Assembly: GCA_045631065.1 (NCBI GenBank)
Contig: JAZQUA010000069.1
Coordinates: 1 to 41,528, forward strand
Reading direction: 5' to 3'
Length of the DNA stretch: 41,528 nt
From: Candidatus Enterousia sp.
GTDB taxonomy: Bacteria > Pseudomonadota > Alphaproteobacteria > Rs-D84
Shown here: positions 1 through 8,282 of the stretch, one piece after another
How the letters are laid out: each line of letters starts with the position of its first letter
Numbering within the stretch: position 1 is the first letter of the stretch
Position numbers and translations under genes: made by a program
The notes under the pieces: model-generated
Seen by the model: the letters and a program-made list of their open reading frames with translations, nothing else
Database searches by the model: none
What the model was told of the DNA's origin: nothing

Positions 1-92
1 TCGATTGCCCCTTTGACATAATTGGTTGATGCAACTGCCGCCAAGGTAGTGGTCGGTATAAAAGAATATAAAAGCAATATTATCTTCCACAT
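1..92 (-). CDS. 5' end of an exported hypothetical protein (continues past the window edge)
   Basis: ATG at 92 has GGGGGA 7 nt upstream. It reads MWKIILLLYSFIPTTTLAAVASTNYVKGAI... and stays open to position 1. The N-terminus looks like a signal peptide. It is too short to appear in the ORF track. Confidence 0.3.
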   Translation of the reverse strand, partial: MWKIILLLYSFIPTTTLAAVASTNYVKGAI

Positions 93-331
93 ATGTCATT
101 CCCCCATTTGCCTAAACAAAAAACCGCATTGATATTCAAAAGCGGTCAGGAGGTTGAGAACAATCAGAAGAATTGTGCTGCTTATTCAATATATTCGCAA
201 GCCCTCCTGACCATTTGATCAGGAGTCTTTCATCTATCTTGAAAAAAAACACACCAAACGGCGCGCCTTATAGATTCGACAGACGCTTCTGAAAGGGTTC
301 TCACACCCCGTAGTTATAACATCACAACTAC
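93..331 (-). promoter_or_regulatory. Structured 5' leader A with alternative terminator/antiterminator pairings
   Basis: Three mutually exclusive elements are present (written as minus-strand RNA, with the plus-strand coordinates they occupy): CUCCUGAUC (217-225), GGUCAGGAGG (203-212) and CCUCCUGACC (144-153). The third overlaps the 5' arm of a hairpin (123-127/142-146) that is followed by U6. The RBS and ATG follow within about 25 nt. Confidence 0.5.
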
Positions 332-337
332 ACTGAC

Positions 338-366
338 ATTATATCTAATTTTTTAAATGCTGTCAA
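338..366 (-). promoter_or_regulatory. Consensus sigma70-type promoter (TTGACA-17 nt-TATAAT)
   Basis: The minus strand reads TTGACA gcatttaaaaaattaga TATAAT. The -35 is at 361-366 and the -10 at 338-343, with exactly 17 nt between them. Confidence 0.6.
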
Positions 367-372
367 TATGAC

Positions 373-409
373 AAAAAAATCCCCCGTATGGGGGATTTGA
401 TTTTTTGCA
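373..409. terminator. Bidirectional intrinsic terminator (rpsD 3' end)
   Basis: The stem ATCCCCC(379-385)/GGGGGAT(390-396) has a 4-nt loop. An A-run lies before it and a T-run after it. Confidence 0.7.
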
Positions 410-421
410 TTCTGTCCAAAA

Positions 422-1054
422 TTAACGTGAATAGAATTCAACAACCAATTCTGGGAACATTTGTACAGGATATGGTACATCTTCGAATGCAGGAACGCGA
501 ACAAATGTTGCTGTAAAGTTTGCACTGTCAACAGAAACATAGTCTGCAAAATTGCGTTCTGCAGATTCCAATGCCAAAACAACCAATGGCATCTGTTTTG
601 CTTTTTCGCTGACTGTGATAACATCACCTGGTTTTACCTGATATGATGCAACTTTTACGCGTTTACCATTAACATTGATATGACCGTGGCTGATTAACTG
701 ACGTGAAGAGAATACAGTTGGTGCCAATTTTGCACGATATACAACTGCATCCAAACGACGTTCCAACAAACCGATTAAGTTTTCTGGTGTGTCGCCCTTC
801 ATATTAACAGCTTCCAGATAATATTTGCGGAATTTCTTTTCGCCAACATTACCATAATAACCCTTTAAAGTCTGCTTTGCACGCATCTGTTTTGCGTAAT
901 CTGATGAATTACCACCACGAGATGTTGGGCCATGCTGACCAGGTTTATATTTACGTTTATTAAATGGAGATTTCGCCTGACCCCACAGATTGACGCCCAG
1001 GCTACGTCCGATTTTTAATTTGCGTGTGCTACGCTTTGCACCAGCTCTTGCCAT
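422..1054 (-). CDS. rpsD: 30S ribosomal protein S4
   Basis: From the internal ATG at 1054 it reads MARAGAKRSTRKLKIGRSLGVNLWG... The S4 RNA-binding domain is present (RLDAVVYRAKLAPTVFSSRQLISHGHINVNGKRV). There is an AAAGGA RBS. The ORF-track start at 1126 would add 24 implausible residues. Confidence 0.95.
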   Translation of the reverse strand: MARAGAKRSTRKLKIGRSLGVNLWGQAKSPFNKRKYKPGQHGPTSRGGNSSDYAKQMRAKQTLKGYYGNVGEKKFRKYYLEAVNMKGDTPENLIGLLERRLDAVVYRAKLAPTVFSSRQLISHGHINVNGKRVKVASYQVKPGDVITVSEKAKQMPLVVLALESAERNFADYVSVDSANFTATFVRVPAFEDVPYPVQMFPELVVEFYSR

Positions 1055-1215
1055 TTTTATTTTCCTTTGTTTTTTGGTTTTTCGGTGCCAGATATTTAAC
1101 AGAATCCTTATCATTGATGGGACCAAAATGCACCACCACTTAATCAGTTCTGGTTATCCAGCGAGGCTAAGTTTATAGTGTTTTTAACAAAAAATCAAGT
1201 ATTTTCTGGGGATTT

Positions 1216-1250
1216 ATAAAAAAATCCCACACAAAACCATTGCGTGGGAT
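1216..1250 (-). terminator. Intrinsic terminator of the 50-aa gene
   Basis: The stem ATCCCAC(1224-1230)/GTGGGAT(1244-1250) is followed by a T-run on the minus strand. Confidence 0.65.
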
Positions 1251-1268
1251 TCAATAGCATATTTTATT

Positions 1269-1421
1269 TTAGTTTTCGTTGCCGCCAAAGGTTATACCGT
1301 GACGTTCCAACATAGCAGCAATATTCAATGCTTCTATACCCTTGTTAAAACCACGCGCCTTGGCACCCTGCTGTTGCAGAGCCGCTGTACCTAATTCAAA
1401 TTTTTTTACCATATCAGTCAT
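1269..1421 (-). CDS. Small hypothetical protein (50 aa) in its own transcription unit
   Basis: AAGAGG lies 8 nt before the ATG at 1421. It reads MTDMVKKFELGTAALQQQGAKARGFNKGIEALNIAAMLERHGITFGGNEN. It has its own promoter and terminator. I recognise no family. Confidence 0.55.
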   Translation of the reverse strand: MTDMVKKFELGTAALQQQGAKARGFNKGIEALNIAAMLERHGITFGGNEN

Positions 1422-1459
1422 TTCAAATGCCTCTTTCAAACATCTCTCTGACAACGGAC

Positions 1460-1488
1460 AATATATACTAACAAAAACTTTTTGTCAA
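1460..1488 (-). promoter_or_regulatory. Near-consensus sigma70-type promoter (TTGACA-17-TATATT)
   Basis: On the minus strand TTGACA (1483-1488) is separated by 17 nt from TATATT (1460-1465). This lies in the 72-nt gap after the OmpA-family gene. Confidence 0.55.
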
Positions 1489-1493
1489 GTATT

Positions 1494-2993
1494 TTATTGT
1501 TCACACCCATATTCACCACATTCACTGACCGTAACCTCTTCGACAGATATTTCCATCGGCACTGGTTTTGGTTGTTCTGTATAGTGAACTTCTTTGACAA
1601 CACGAACACGACGATTTGCTGCATTCGGTGTATTATCTGGGGTTGGGACAGCCAAATCTTCTTCGCCTGCGGATACCGCAACAATCTGGCTGGCTGGGAT
1701 TCCATATTGTATTAACATTTTCTGAACAGCTTCGGCACGACGACCACCCAATGCATAGTTATAATTACTGGTTCCCGCTGTATCAGTATGTCCAACAACA
1801 GAAACTTTGATATTTTTGTTTTCTTGGGTTGCACTGGCCAATTTCTTAATCAGTTCTTGATATTCCGGCTTAATAATAGACTTATTAAAATCAAATCTGA
1901 CTTCGAATACTTCTTCCATAACGTGCTGTTTTGGTTCCAGTGGAATCTGTTGCACTTTTATCATAGTCTTTTCACCAGATGCGGCCTGCAATTCATCCAA
2001 ACGCGCATTAATCGCCGCCAATTCGGAACGCATTGCCATCATCATATTAATAAATTCTTCACGTGTAACCAATTCATCGCTGATTTGTGGCATCTCCTGT
2101 GCAACTGGCTGTTCTACAGCAACAGGCTCTGGCTGTGATTCTGAAACACCTTCGGCAACAATCAAGACACCTTGTGGTGTTTTTTCTTGTACTTTATCGC
2201 CACCATAAATATTCTGATTAAACACCAATGGCTGTACAGGCACTGGATTAATCAAGTGTTCTGGCACATTTACATTGTTAACAATAATAACACCTTCTCG
2301 GGCATCACCACGTGCAATCATCATATTACGCGTGTCCGGATAATAAGTCTGTGATTCTTTGGTTGCAGAAAATGTTTCAACAGTTGTACATTCTTCGGAT
2401 GTGCATTCCTTGACTTCCTGTTTTTTTACAATCTTGCCACCTTGACAGTCACGCAACGCAGCCATTGTTTTATTAAATCTGTCACGACACTGTTGTGCAG
2501 TTGCAAATTGTCCACTGGCTGTTGCAGACAACCAACAATCAAATTTTGCCTGTGCTTCTGCCGCCAATTCTGGATTTAAATATGTTGCATCATTTCTTAA
2601 CTGATCCATCAATTCATTATATGCAGAATTTAATTCAAAGGCAGCCTGTTCATCTTCGACCGGCCAATTTTCCAATGATTCCGGAAATGGCACTTCGCCT
2701 GAAAATGCCGCCACAGCCTTGTTTGCGAATAATTCGCCCATATCAGAATAACCACTGGTACGTGCATTATAAATTGCATACGAACGATAATTCATCGCCA
2801 ACTGATTCAAAAAGGAATCCTTGTGTGGTGCAGAATAAACATCCAACGATTCAACATAATCAACTGTTGGTGTCGCAACAGGTCCTGAATATTCATAGTT
2901 CTTTGTCTGGGTACACGCAGCCAACGCAACAGCGCCCGCCATCATCATTAAACGAGATACAACCCACGTTGCAACGCAAGATTTATTTTTCAT
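1494..2993 (-). CDS. OmpA-family lipoprotein (C-terminal peptidoglycan-binding OmpA_C domain)
   Basis: A lipobox is present (AVALAAC). The C-terminus reads FDFNKSIIKPEYQ...VVGHTDTAGTSNYNYALGGRRAEAVQKML...NRRVRVV. The N-terminal domain is helical and there is a Pro/Glu-rich linker. Confidence 0.85.
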   Translation of the reverse strand: MKNKSCVATWVVSRLMMMAGAVALAACTQTKNYEYSGPVATPTVDYVESLDVYSAPHKDSFLNQLAMNYRSYAIYNARTSGYSDMGELFANKAVAAFSGEVPFPESLENWPVEDEQAAFELNSAYNELMDQLRNDATYLNPELAAEAQAKFDCWLSATASGQFATAQQCRDRFNKTMAALRDCQGGKIVKKQEVKECTSEECTTVETFSATKESQTYYPDTRNMMIARGDAREGVIIVNNVNVPEHLINPVPVQPLVFNQNIYGGDKVQEKTPQGVLIVAEGVSESQPEPVAVEQPVAQEMPQISDELVTREEFINMMMAMRSELAAINARLDELQAASGEKTMIKVQQIPLEPKQHVMEEVFEVRFDFNKSIIKPEYQELIKKLASATQENKNIKVSVVGHTDTAGTSNYNYALGGRRAEAVQKMLIQYGIPASQIVAVSAGEEDLAVPTPDNTPNAANRRVRVVKEVHYTEQPKPVPMEISVEEVTVSECGEYGCEQ

Positions 2994-3069
2994 CTGCCCT
3001 ATCCTTCTGTTTTAATTAAACATATTATACGATTTTTTAGCAATCTAGTAAAGCGGAAAAAACAATAGA

Positions 3070-3882
3070 TTATTTATTCAATAACTGTGGCACCATACTG
3101 CCCAGCGCCCCCAGCGACTGCAATCCACCGCCACCCAAAGAACCTGCCATACCACTGACTGTTTCCATAATATTTGCAGTATTCGTCTTTTGTCCCAAAC
3201 TGCCAACCGTTCCAACCAAGAATTCGCCCCACATCGCTTTTTTACGCGCATTTAATTTTGCAAAAGAACACTGTTCAATTTTTGCAATTAAATTCCCAGC
3301 CATTTTTGCTTCTTGGGCGGTATAGTCAGCCTCTGTAAAATCAACCAGGTTAAATACATCATATATATTTGAAACATGCTGTCTGCTTTTTTCGCCACAC
3401 CCAGTTATAGAACCATCCGTACAGTAATAAGTACTGACAGCCTTTGGAAAACCGTTCCAAACAGTATTTTCTTCGGCATATACATCATAACAAATCAAAC
3501 TGTCATCGCCAAGGTCTGCAGAAACACGCACAGTCGATTCGTAAGAAGAACCACTATCACATGGTTTCATACCATTCATCTTTGCGCCCTCTATTTCTTC
3601 GGCGGTTGCAGCACCTGTTTTTGCCCACTCTTTGACAATATTATTTACAAATGTAATTTCCTGAGTAGATGGGATACATTCAGCCGTCAAAGTTTTCTGC
3701 TTTTGATTCAGCTGCATCACCCCAGAAATTAAATTTAATGCGGTCGGCACCAATGATGCACCTGCATCCTTGGCCGAAGTTTGCTTTGTCGCCACAGGCG
3801 CAGCCTTTTTTATCGTCACAGCACCTGCTGTACCATGCACAGCAACAAATACACCAACAAAAAGCAGTAAAAATTTTTTCAT
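3070..3882 (-). CDS. Exported hypothetical protein with a Gly-rich C-terminal tail
   Basis: The signal peptide is MKKFLLLFVGVFVAVHGTAGA. It has 6 Cys. The C-terminus reads GTVGSLGQ...SGMAGSLGGGGLQSLGALGSM. I recognise no family. Confidence 0.6.
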   Translation of the reverse strand: MKKFLLLFVGVFVAVHGTAGAVTIKKAAPVATKQTSAKDAGASLVPTALNLISGVMQLNQKQKTLTAECIPSTQEITFVNNIVKEWAKTGAATAEEIEGAKMNGMKPCDSGSSYESTVRVSADLGDDSLICYDVYAEENTVWNGFPKAVSTYYCTDGSITGCGEKSRQHVSNIYDVFNLVDFTEADYTAQEAKMAGNLIAKIEQCSFAKLNARKKAMWGEFLVGTVGSLGQKTNTANIMETVSGMAGSLGGGGLQSLGALGSMVPQLLNK

Positions 3883-3968
3883 CTCTCTTGCAAAAGATTA
3901 TAACACAAAAAAAGCATTAGATAAATATAAAAATTGCATTTTTATTAATAACGTTCTAAACTGACGAT

Positions 3969-4448
3969 ATGCAAACAGATAAACGCAACTTTATTATCTT
4001 TTCAAAGCACCGCCGTCTTAAACGTCTGTGGCAATTTTTTTTCACAGGATGGGGATTGGTAATGATTGCCGCACTGGTTGCAGGATCTTTGTTCACAAAA
4101 CAATTATTATGGACACCAATATCTGCGATAAATATGCACGACATTGTCACAAATCAGTTTAAAATGTCAAACGCATCATTTGTCGGCATTGATAAAGATG
4201 GAAAGCCTTTTAAAATACACGCAAAAATTGGTTACCAAGAATATGAAAATCCTGATATAATATTTATGGAAACCGTAAACGGCGTAATTAACAGGGAATC
4301 AAACGGCACAACGATAACAGATAACATCAGTGCGAACACTGGTCAATATAACAGCGAAAAAAAGACGATAACATTGATTGGTAACGTAAAAATCGATTCC
4401 AGCAATGGCGATCGCATTCGCACAAAAGAATTGGTGATAAGATTATGA
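3969..4448 (+). CDS. lptC: LptC-like LPS export protein (membrane-anchored OstA-fold)
   Basis: It has an N-terminal TM helix (WQFFFTGWGLVMIAALVAGSLF) followed by a beta-rich domain. Its stop overlaps the lptB start (ATGA at 4445). Confidence 0.6.
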   Translation: MQTDKRNFIIFSKHRRLKRLWQFFFTGWGLVMIAALVAGSLFTKQLLWTPISAINMHDIVTNQFKMSNASFVGIDKDGKPFKIHAKIGYQEYENPDIIFMETVNGVINRESNGTTITDNISANTGQYNSEKKTITLIGNVKIDSSNGDRIRTKELVIRL

Positions 4449-5176
4449 TAAAACAATCAGTACTGCGAATTGAACACTTGTCTAAAACATATGGCAAACG
4501 TATGGTTATCCGCGACATATCAATGATTGCACGTCAAGGCGAATCGGTTGGACTGTTGGGGCCAAATGGCGCTGGTAAAACAACTGCTTTTTATTGCATA
4601 ACAGGTCAGCTAGCTGCAACAGGCGGTCAGATATTTTTAAATTCTCAGGATATTACACACCTGCCATTTTATCAGCGTGCCCGTCTGCATATTGGTTACC
4701 TGCCCCAGGAAAACAGTGTTTTTCGCGGATTAACTGTTGAACAAAACATTATGGCTATTTTAGAGGTTGTCGAACCCGACAAGAAAAAGCGTCAAAAAAA
4801 GCTGGATTCATTACTGGACGAATTTTCAATATCAAGCTTGCGACACAGTCCTGCAACCGCATTGTCTGGTGGCGAACGCAGACGCGTTGAAATCGCACGT
4901 GCATTGGCAAATAATCCAAAATTCATATTACTGGACGAACCATTTGCTGGTATCGACCCAATTGCAGTGAACGAAATTCGTGGTTTGGTATCTCAGTTAA
5001 AAAATCGTGGTCTGGGCGTTATTATAACAGACCATAACGTTCGTGAAACATTGGGCATCACAGACCGCAGCTATGTCCTACATGACGGTATGATATTAAA
5101 ACATGGCACCACAGACGAAATTATCCAAGACGAAATGGTAAAAAAAGTATACCTTGGCGAAGATTTTGTAATGTAA
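4445..5176 (+). CDS. lptB: LPS export ABC transporter ATP-binding protein LptB
   Basis: The Walker A motif GPNGAGKTT, the GYLPQE motif, the signature LSGGERRRVEIARAL and the Walker B motif ILLDEPFAG are all present. Confidence 0.9.
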   Translation: MIKQSVLRIEHLSKTYGKRMVIRDISMIARQGESVGLLGPNGAGKTTAFYCITGQLAATGGQIFLNSQDITHLPFYQRARLHIGYLPQENSVFRGLTVEQNIMAILEVVEPDKKKRQKKLDSLLDEFSISSLRHSPATALSGGERRRVEIARALANNPKFILLDEPFAGIDPIAVNEIRGLVSQLKNRGLGVIITDHNVRETLGITDRSYVLHDGMILKHGTTDEIIQDEMVKKVYLGEDFVM

Positions 5177-5177
5177 T

Positions 5178-5209
5178 AAAAATCCCCCACATGGGGGGAT
5201 TTTTATTTT
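5178..5209. terminator. Bidirectional intrinsic terminator
   Basis: The stem ATCCCCC(5182-5188)/GGGGGAT(5194-5200) is flanked by A- and T-runs. It lies between the convergent lptB and the 283-aa gene. Confidence 0.7.
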
Positions 5210-6054
5210 ATTAATCCAAATGATGTTATGTAATTAAATGATATTCCCATAACAAAGTTACTGCCATAAACATCAACACCACGTGCACGTGCACGACGAT
5301 ATTGAACATATGGCCCCATCGTCAAATCGCCCCACAAATTTGTATCAAGACGTAAAACAGCACTTAAATCACGTTCTAAATCTGTTGGCACATATTCAGA
5401 ATAGCTTAAATATTCACGATAATACCCATTTGTTGACAACTTTACCCCTTCGCGAACTTGGTATTCTAAACGCCATCCCAATTCTGCAGCTAACTTACTT
5501 GTCCGCTCACCTGCGTATGTAAAATCATATTCATACACACCGGTCAAATACAAACTTTTTATAATTGCATTATCAAACAATGAAATACCAGCATTTGAAC
5601 GTAAAATATTTTGTCTTGGCGCATCACCTGTTGCTTTAAATTCTGTATCATACGCACCACGCACAGTTGGACCTAATTTAAAACCAGTAAATTCCCAGCA
5701 AGCATATGATAAATCTGTCGACAAGACAATATCGTCTGCATTTTCACTGACTGTCTGTTCGCCGTTGTATGGTCTTAACTTTGTTTCGCCATATTCCATA
5801 AATAATGTATTATCCCATTGAAAACGGTCTTTTTTATACTGTAACGCTGTATCAAATATACCTTTGATAAAATCTTGACTATCTGCCTTTAATGCCGATA
5901 CAGGTGAATCAGAATATTTATCCGCATTTCTTACATCTGTCTTTGACCATTCCAGACCGATACGACGTATATTCAAATCCAAAGTCGCACCATCTGCCGC
6001 AAAAGATGCCACAGGCATAATCAACAACAACAAAAACAACGATATTTTTTTCAA
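5203..6054 (-). CDS. Predicted outer-membrane beta-barrel protein (283 aa)
   Basis: It starts at TTG with an AAGGGG RBS. The signal peptide is MKKISLFLLLLIMPVASFA. The sequence has an alternating amphipathic beta-strand pattern with many aromatic residues at strand ends. Confidence 0.6.
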   Translation of the reverse strand: MKKISLFLLLLIMPVASFAADGATLDLNIRRIGLEWSKTDVRNADKYSDSPVSALKADSQDFIKGIFDTALQYKKDRFQWDNTLFMEYGETKLRPYNGEQTVSENADDIVLSTDLSYACWEFTGFKLGPTVRGAYDTEFKATGDAPRQNILRSNAGISLFDNAIIKSLYLTGVYEYDFTYAGERTSKLAAELGWRLEYQVREGVKLSTNGYYREYLSYSEYVPTDLERDLSAVLRLDTNLWGDLTMGPYVQYRRARARGVDVYGSNFVMGISFNYITSFGLIK

Positions 6055-6078
6055 ACCCGACCCCTTTTTTATAAAAAA

Positions 6079-6693
6079 TTACTTCCAAATATGCAAAACA
6101 CCATCTTTATCAGTATATTTCCAGCCACCATTACGAACAGCAATTGTAAATGCCCCACGCATTGATGTGGGCAACTGCAAGGTCACGATATCACCTTGAA
6201 TATTTTTTGTACCCAAATCAAACTGTTCTGTATTGGCAATTTGGTTTAACTGTGCCCAATCAGGCAACTTATTTGACAATTTTACAATAACAGTAAACAT
6301 ATTTTGTTCTGTATTATTTGGCAACCAATGCTGTATCCCTTTTTCTTCCAACCAAACACGCACTGCATCCGCATCGATAACCATTGAAATATTTGCTGAA
6401 TATGTCGTATCAGATGTCTGTTCTCCATCAATACTGGACGACAAAATCAAATTTGATAATTCGGCAATTTTAGAATTCGCAACCGCTGTTTCCAAAGACA
6501 CAACATCTACATATTGCCGCAATGAATCGCGAATAATTTGTCGTGTTGCATCAGCAAAAGCAATATTTTTAGCGTTTGTTGCAGTATCACTGGTAACATT
6601 CACAGGCGCCATCCCGCGCAAATCAACCGCCATTGCGTTTGTCGCAATAATCAAAACCATAAACGCCGCAAAAAATTGCCTTACCCCGCGCAT
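6079..6693 (-). CDS. Exported hypothetical protein (204 aa)
   Basis: The signal peptide is FAAFMVLIIATNAMA. It is tightly packed between two beta-barrel genes, with gaps of 9 and 24 nt. Confidence 0.6.
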   Translation of the reverse strand: MRGVRQFFAAFMVLIIATNAMAVDLRGMAPVNVTSDTATNAKNIAFADATRQIIRDSLRQYVDVVSLETAVANSKIAELSNLILSSSIDGEQTSDTTYSANISMVIDADAVRVWLEEKGIQHWLPNNTEQNMFTVIVKLSNKLPDWAQLNQIANTEQFDLGTKNIQGDIVTLQLPTSMRGAFTIAVRNGGWKYTDKDGVLHIWK

Positions 6694-6702
6694 CTTACAC
6701 CT

Positions 6703-8196
6703 TTAAAATTTTGCATTTATACCCAGACGCACACCCAATGCCTTATAGAAAGATTCAATTTCACCGCTGGCATTACATACCCAACCTGGACATTCTGATT
6801 CTATTTGCTTGATATCTTGCGCAACAGAATTATTAGCCAACATATCTTCTTCGGTTGCATATCCACCTTCTACAAATATCTGATTGTAAATATCATTATA
6901 ATATTCACCATTCAAATATGTTTTTGCATCAGCATCTGATACGGTATAGTAATCATACGTCACACCAACTGACAAAGCAACATTGTCTGTCAGTGCAGTT
7001 GTCCAATTTGCCCCCAATCCCAAATGGAACGCACCGCCAATACCTGTACTATCTTCGACAGACTTAGGATGTTGCCAATCGAATCTATACGGCTGATCCC
7101 CAGTTGCTGTATATGACGGTAATCCCAACTCAACAAATGCATTAACATTATTAGTTTGGTTAATATCATATAACATATCCAATGCCAAATAAGGTCCAGA
7201 CCATTCAACTTCATATTTATGACTGATACTTGGCTGACCATAATAATAATTTCCACCCATATCAATATAACCAGCAGGTACCTTGATCACGCCATCTTCA
7301 TCACGCACCAAATACGCAGAATCTGTAATTGTAACTTTACCGGCTGAATCAACAGAAAAATCATACCAACCAATCAGCGGATCGCATTGTAATTCATCAG
7401 AACCTTCGACCATATAACAACTGTTACCACTATCAAAGCTTTCCATTGACAACCCATGATTATTATGCGTTTCCAATGTGTACTTTAAATAGCGCCACCC
7501 AACAGATGGTGTGACTTTCAATTTTCCCAATGTCATAAAATCTTTCAGACCAACACCTGCATTAAATCCCATCATTGAACCATCTTTGCTGGTACCGATT
7601 GAAAAGGCACGTCCAATTTGATTTCCAACGACATTACCACTTTCATCAACCAGTTCTGCAATAAAGTAACCACCATTTGTAATATCGTCGTCAACCATTG
7701 TAGATTCACCGGCCTGCATACCATATTGGAAGCCGGCATTAACAGAAACTTTTGTTTTATTACCAAAGACATAACCAGCATTAACATCAAACACATTCCA
7801 ATCAATATTATCGTAATGTAATATTGATTCTGAATTTTTCATTTCAAACTGCCACATACCTGTTTGACGTGAAAAGCCAGCCCCCAACGAAAAGCCATTT
7901 TTAGATACATCGGCAATATTATTTTGCTGTTTTGACTGTTGCGCACTTCTATTTTGCATGGACACATTGCCGCGATTTACGGTTGAATATCCAGCCTTTG
8001 CATATCCGTTACGCGAATAATTTGACATACCTTGTTGTGAATAATAATTATTTGTACGTTGCGCATATGGTTGTTGTGAATATCTGGCCTGAGGCGACTG
8101 ATACCCGCCTGTATAATAAGTTCCCGCAGCATTTGCAATTACCGGCAGCAGCGCAAAAATCGAACAATTAAAGAATAATCTAGATAATGTTTTCAT
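6703..8196 (-). CDS. Outer-membrane beta-barrel protein with a Q/N/Y/S-rich low-complexity N-terminal region
   Basis: The signal peptide is ...LLPVIANA. Residues about 25-105 read GTYYTGGYQSPQARYSQQPYAQRTNNYYSQQGMSNYSRNGY...QQSKQQNN. The C-terminus ends ...GVRLGINAKF, with the terminal Phe typical of OMPs. Confidence 0.65.
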   Translation of the reverse strand: MKTLSRLFFNCSIFALLPVIANAAGTYYTGGYQSPQARYSQQPYAQRTNNYYSQQGMSNYSRNGYAKAGYSTVNRGNVSMQNRSAQQSKQQNNIADVSKNGFSLGAGFSRQTGMWQFEMKNSESILHYDNIDWNVFDVNAGYVFGNKTKVSVNAGFQYGMQAGESTMVDDDITNGGYFIAELVDESGNVVGNQIGRAFSIGTSKDGSMMGFNAGVGLKDFMTLGKLKVTPSVGWRYLKYTLETHNNHGLSMESFDSGNSCYMVEGSDELQCDPLIGWYDFSVDSAGKVTITDSAYLVRDEDGVIKVPAGYIDMGGNYYYGQPSISHKYEVEWSGPYLALDMLYDINQTNNVNAFVELGLPSYTATGDQPYRFDWQHPKSVEDSTGIGGAFHLGLGANWTTALTDNVALSVGVTYDYYTVSDADAKTYLNGEYYNDIYNQIFVEGGYATEEDMLANNSVAQDIKQIESECPGWVCNASGEIESFYKALGVRLGINAKF

Positions 8197-8282
8197 AATA
8201 TCACCTTTCCATAAGCAAAATCATTTTATCATAAAAAAGGTTGAAAAACAAATACCAACTTGCAAGAATATAAAAATAATAC

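Noticed and set aside
241-300. A plus-strand GATTCGAC string resembling the tmRNA 5' region.
   Set aside because: There is no GGGG acceptor start, no plausible tag reading frame downstream and no T-arm/CCA partner. It lies inside the minus-strand leader.
115-331. SRP (4.5S) RNA-like motif in leader A. The minus strand reads GGUCAGG...AAGCAGC.
   Set aside because: The conserved helix-8 core (GGUCCGGAAGGAAGCAGCC with the GGAA tetraloop) is absent. Instead 22 unrelated, unpaired nucleotides separate the two half-motifs.
2495-3019. A 174-aa plus-strand ORF. The same reasoning covers the antisense ORFs at 6233-6706, 23175-23720, 23745-24134 and 37204-37707.
   Set aside because: They are antisense to well-supported genes. 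They lack start signals and have a shadow-frame composition.
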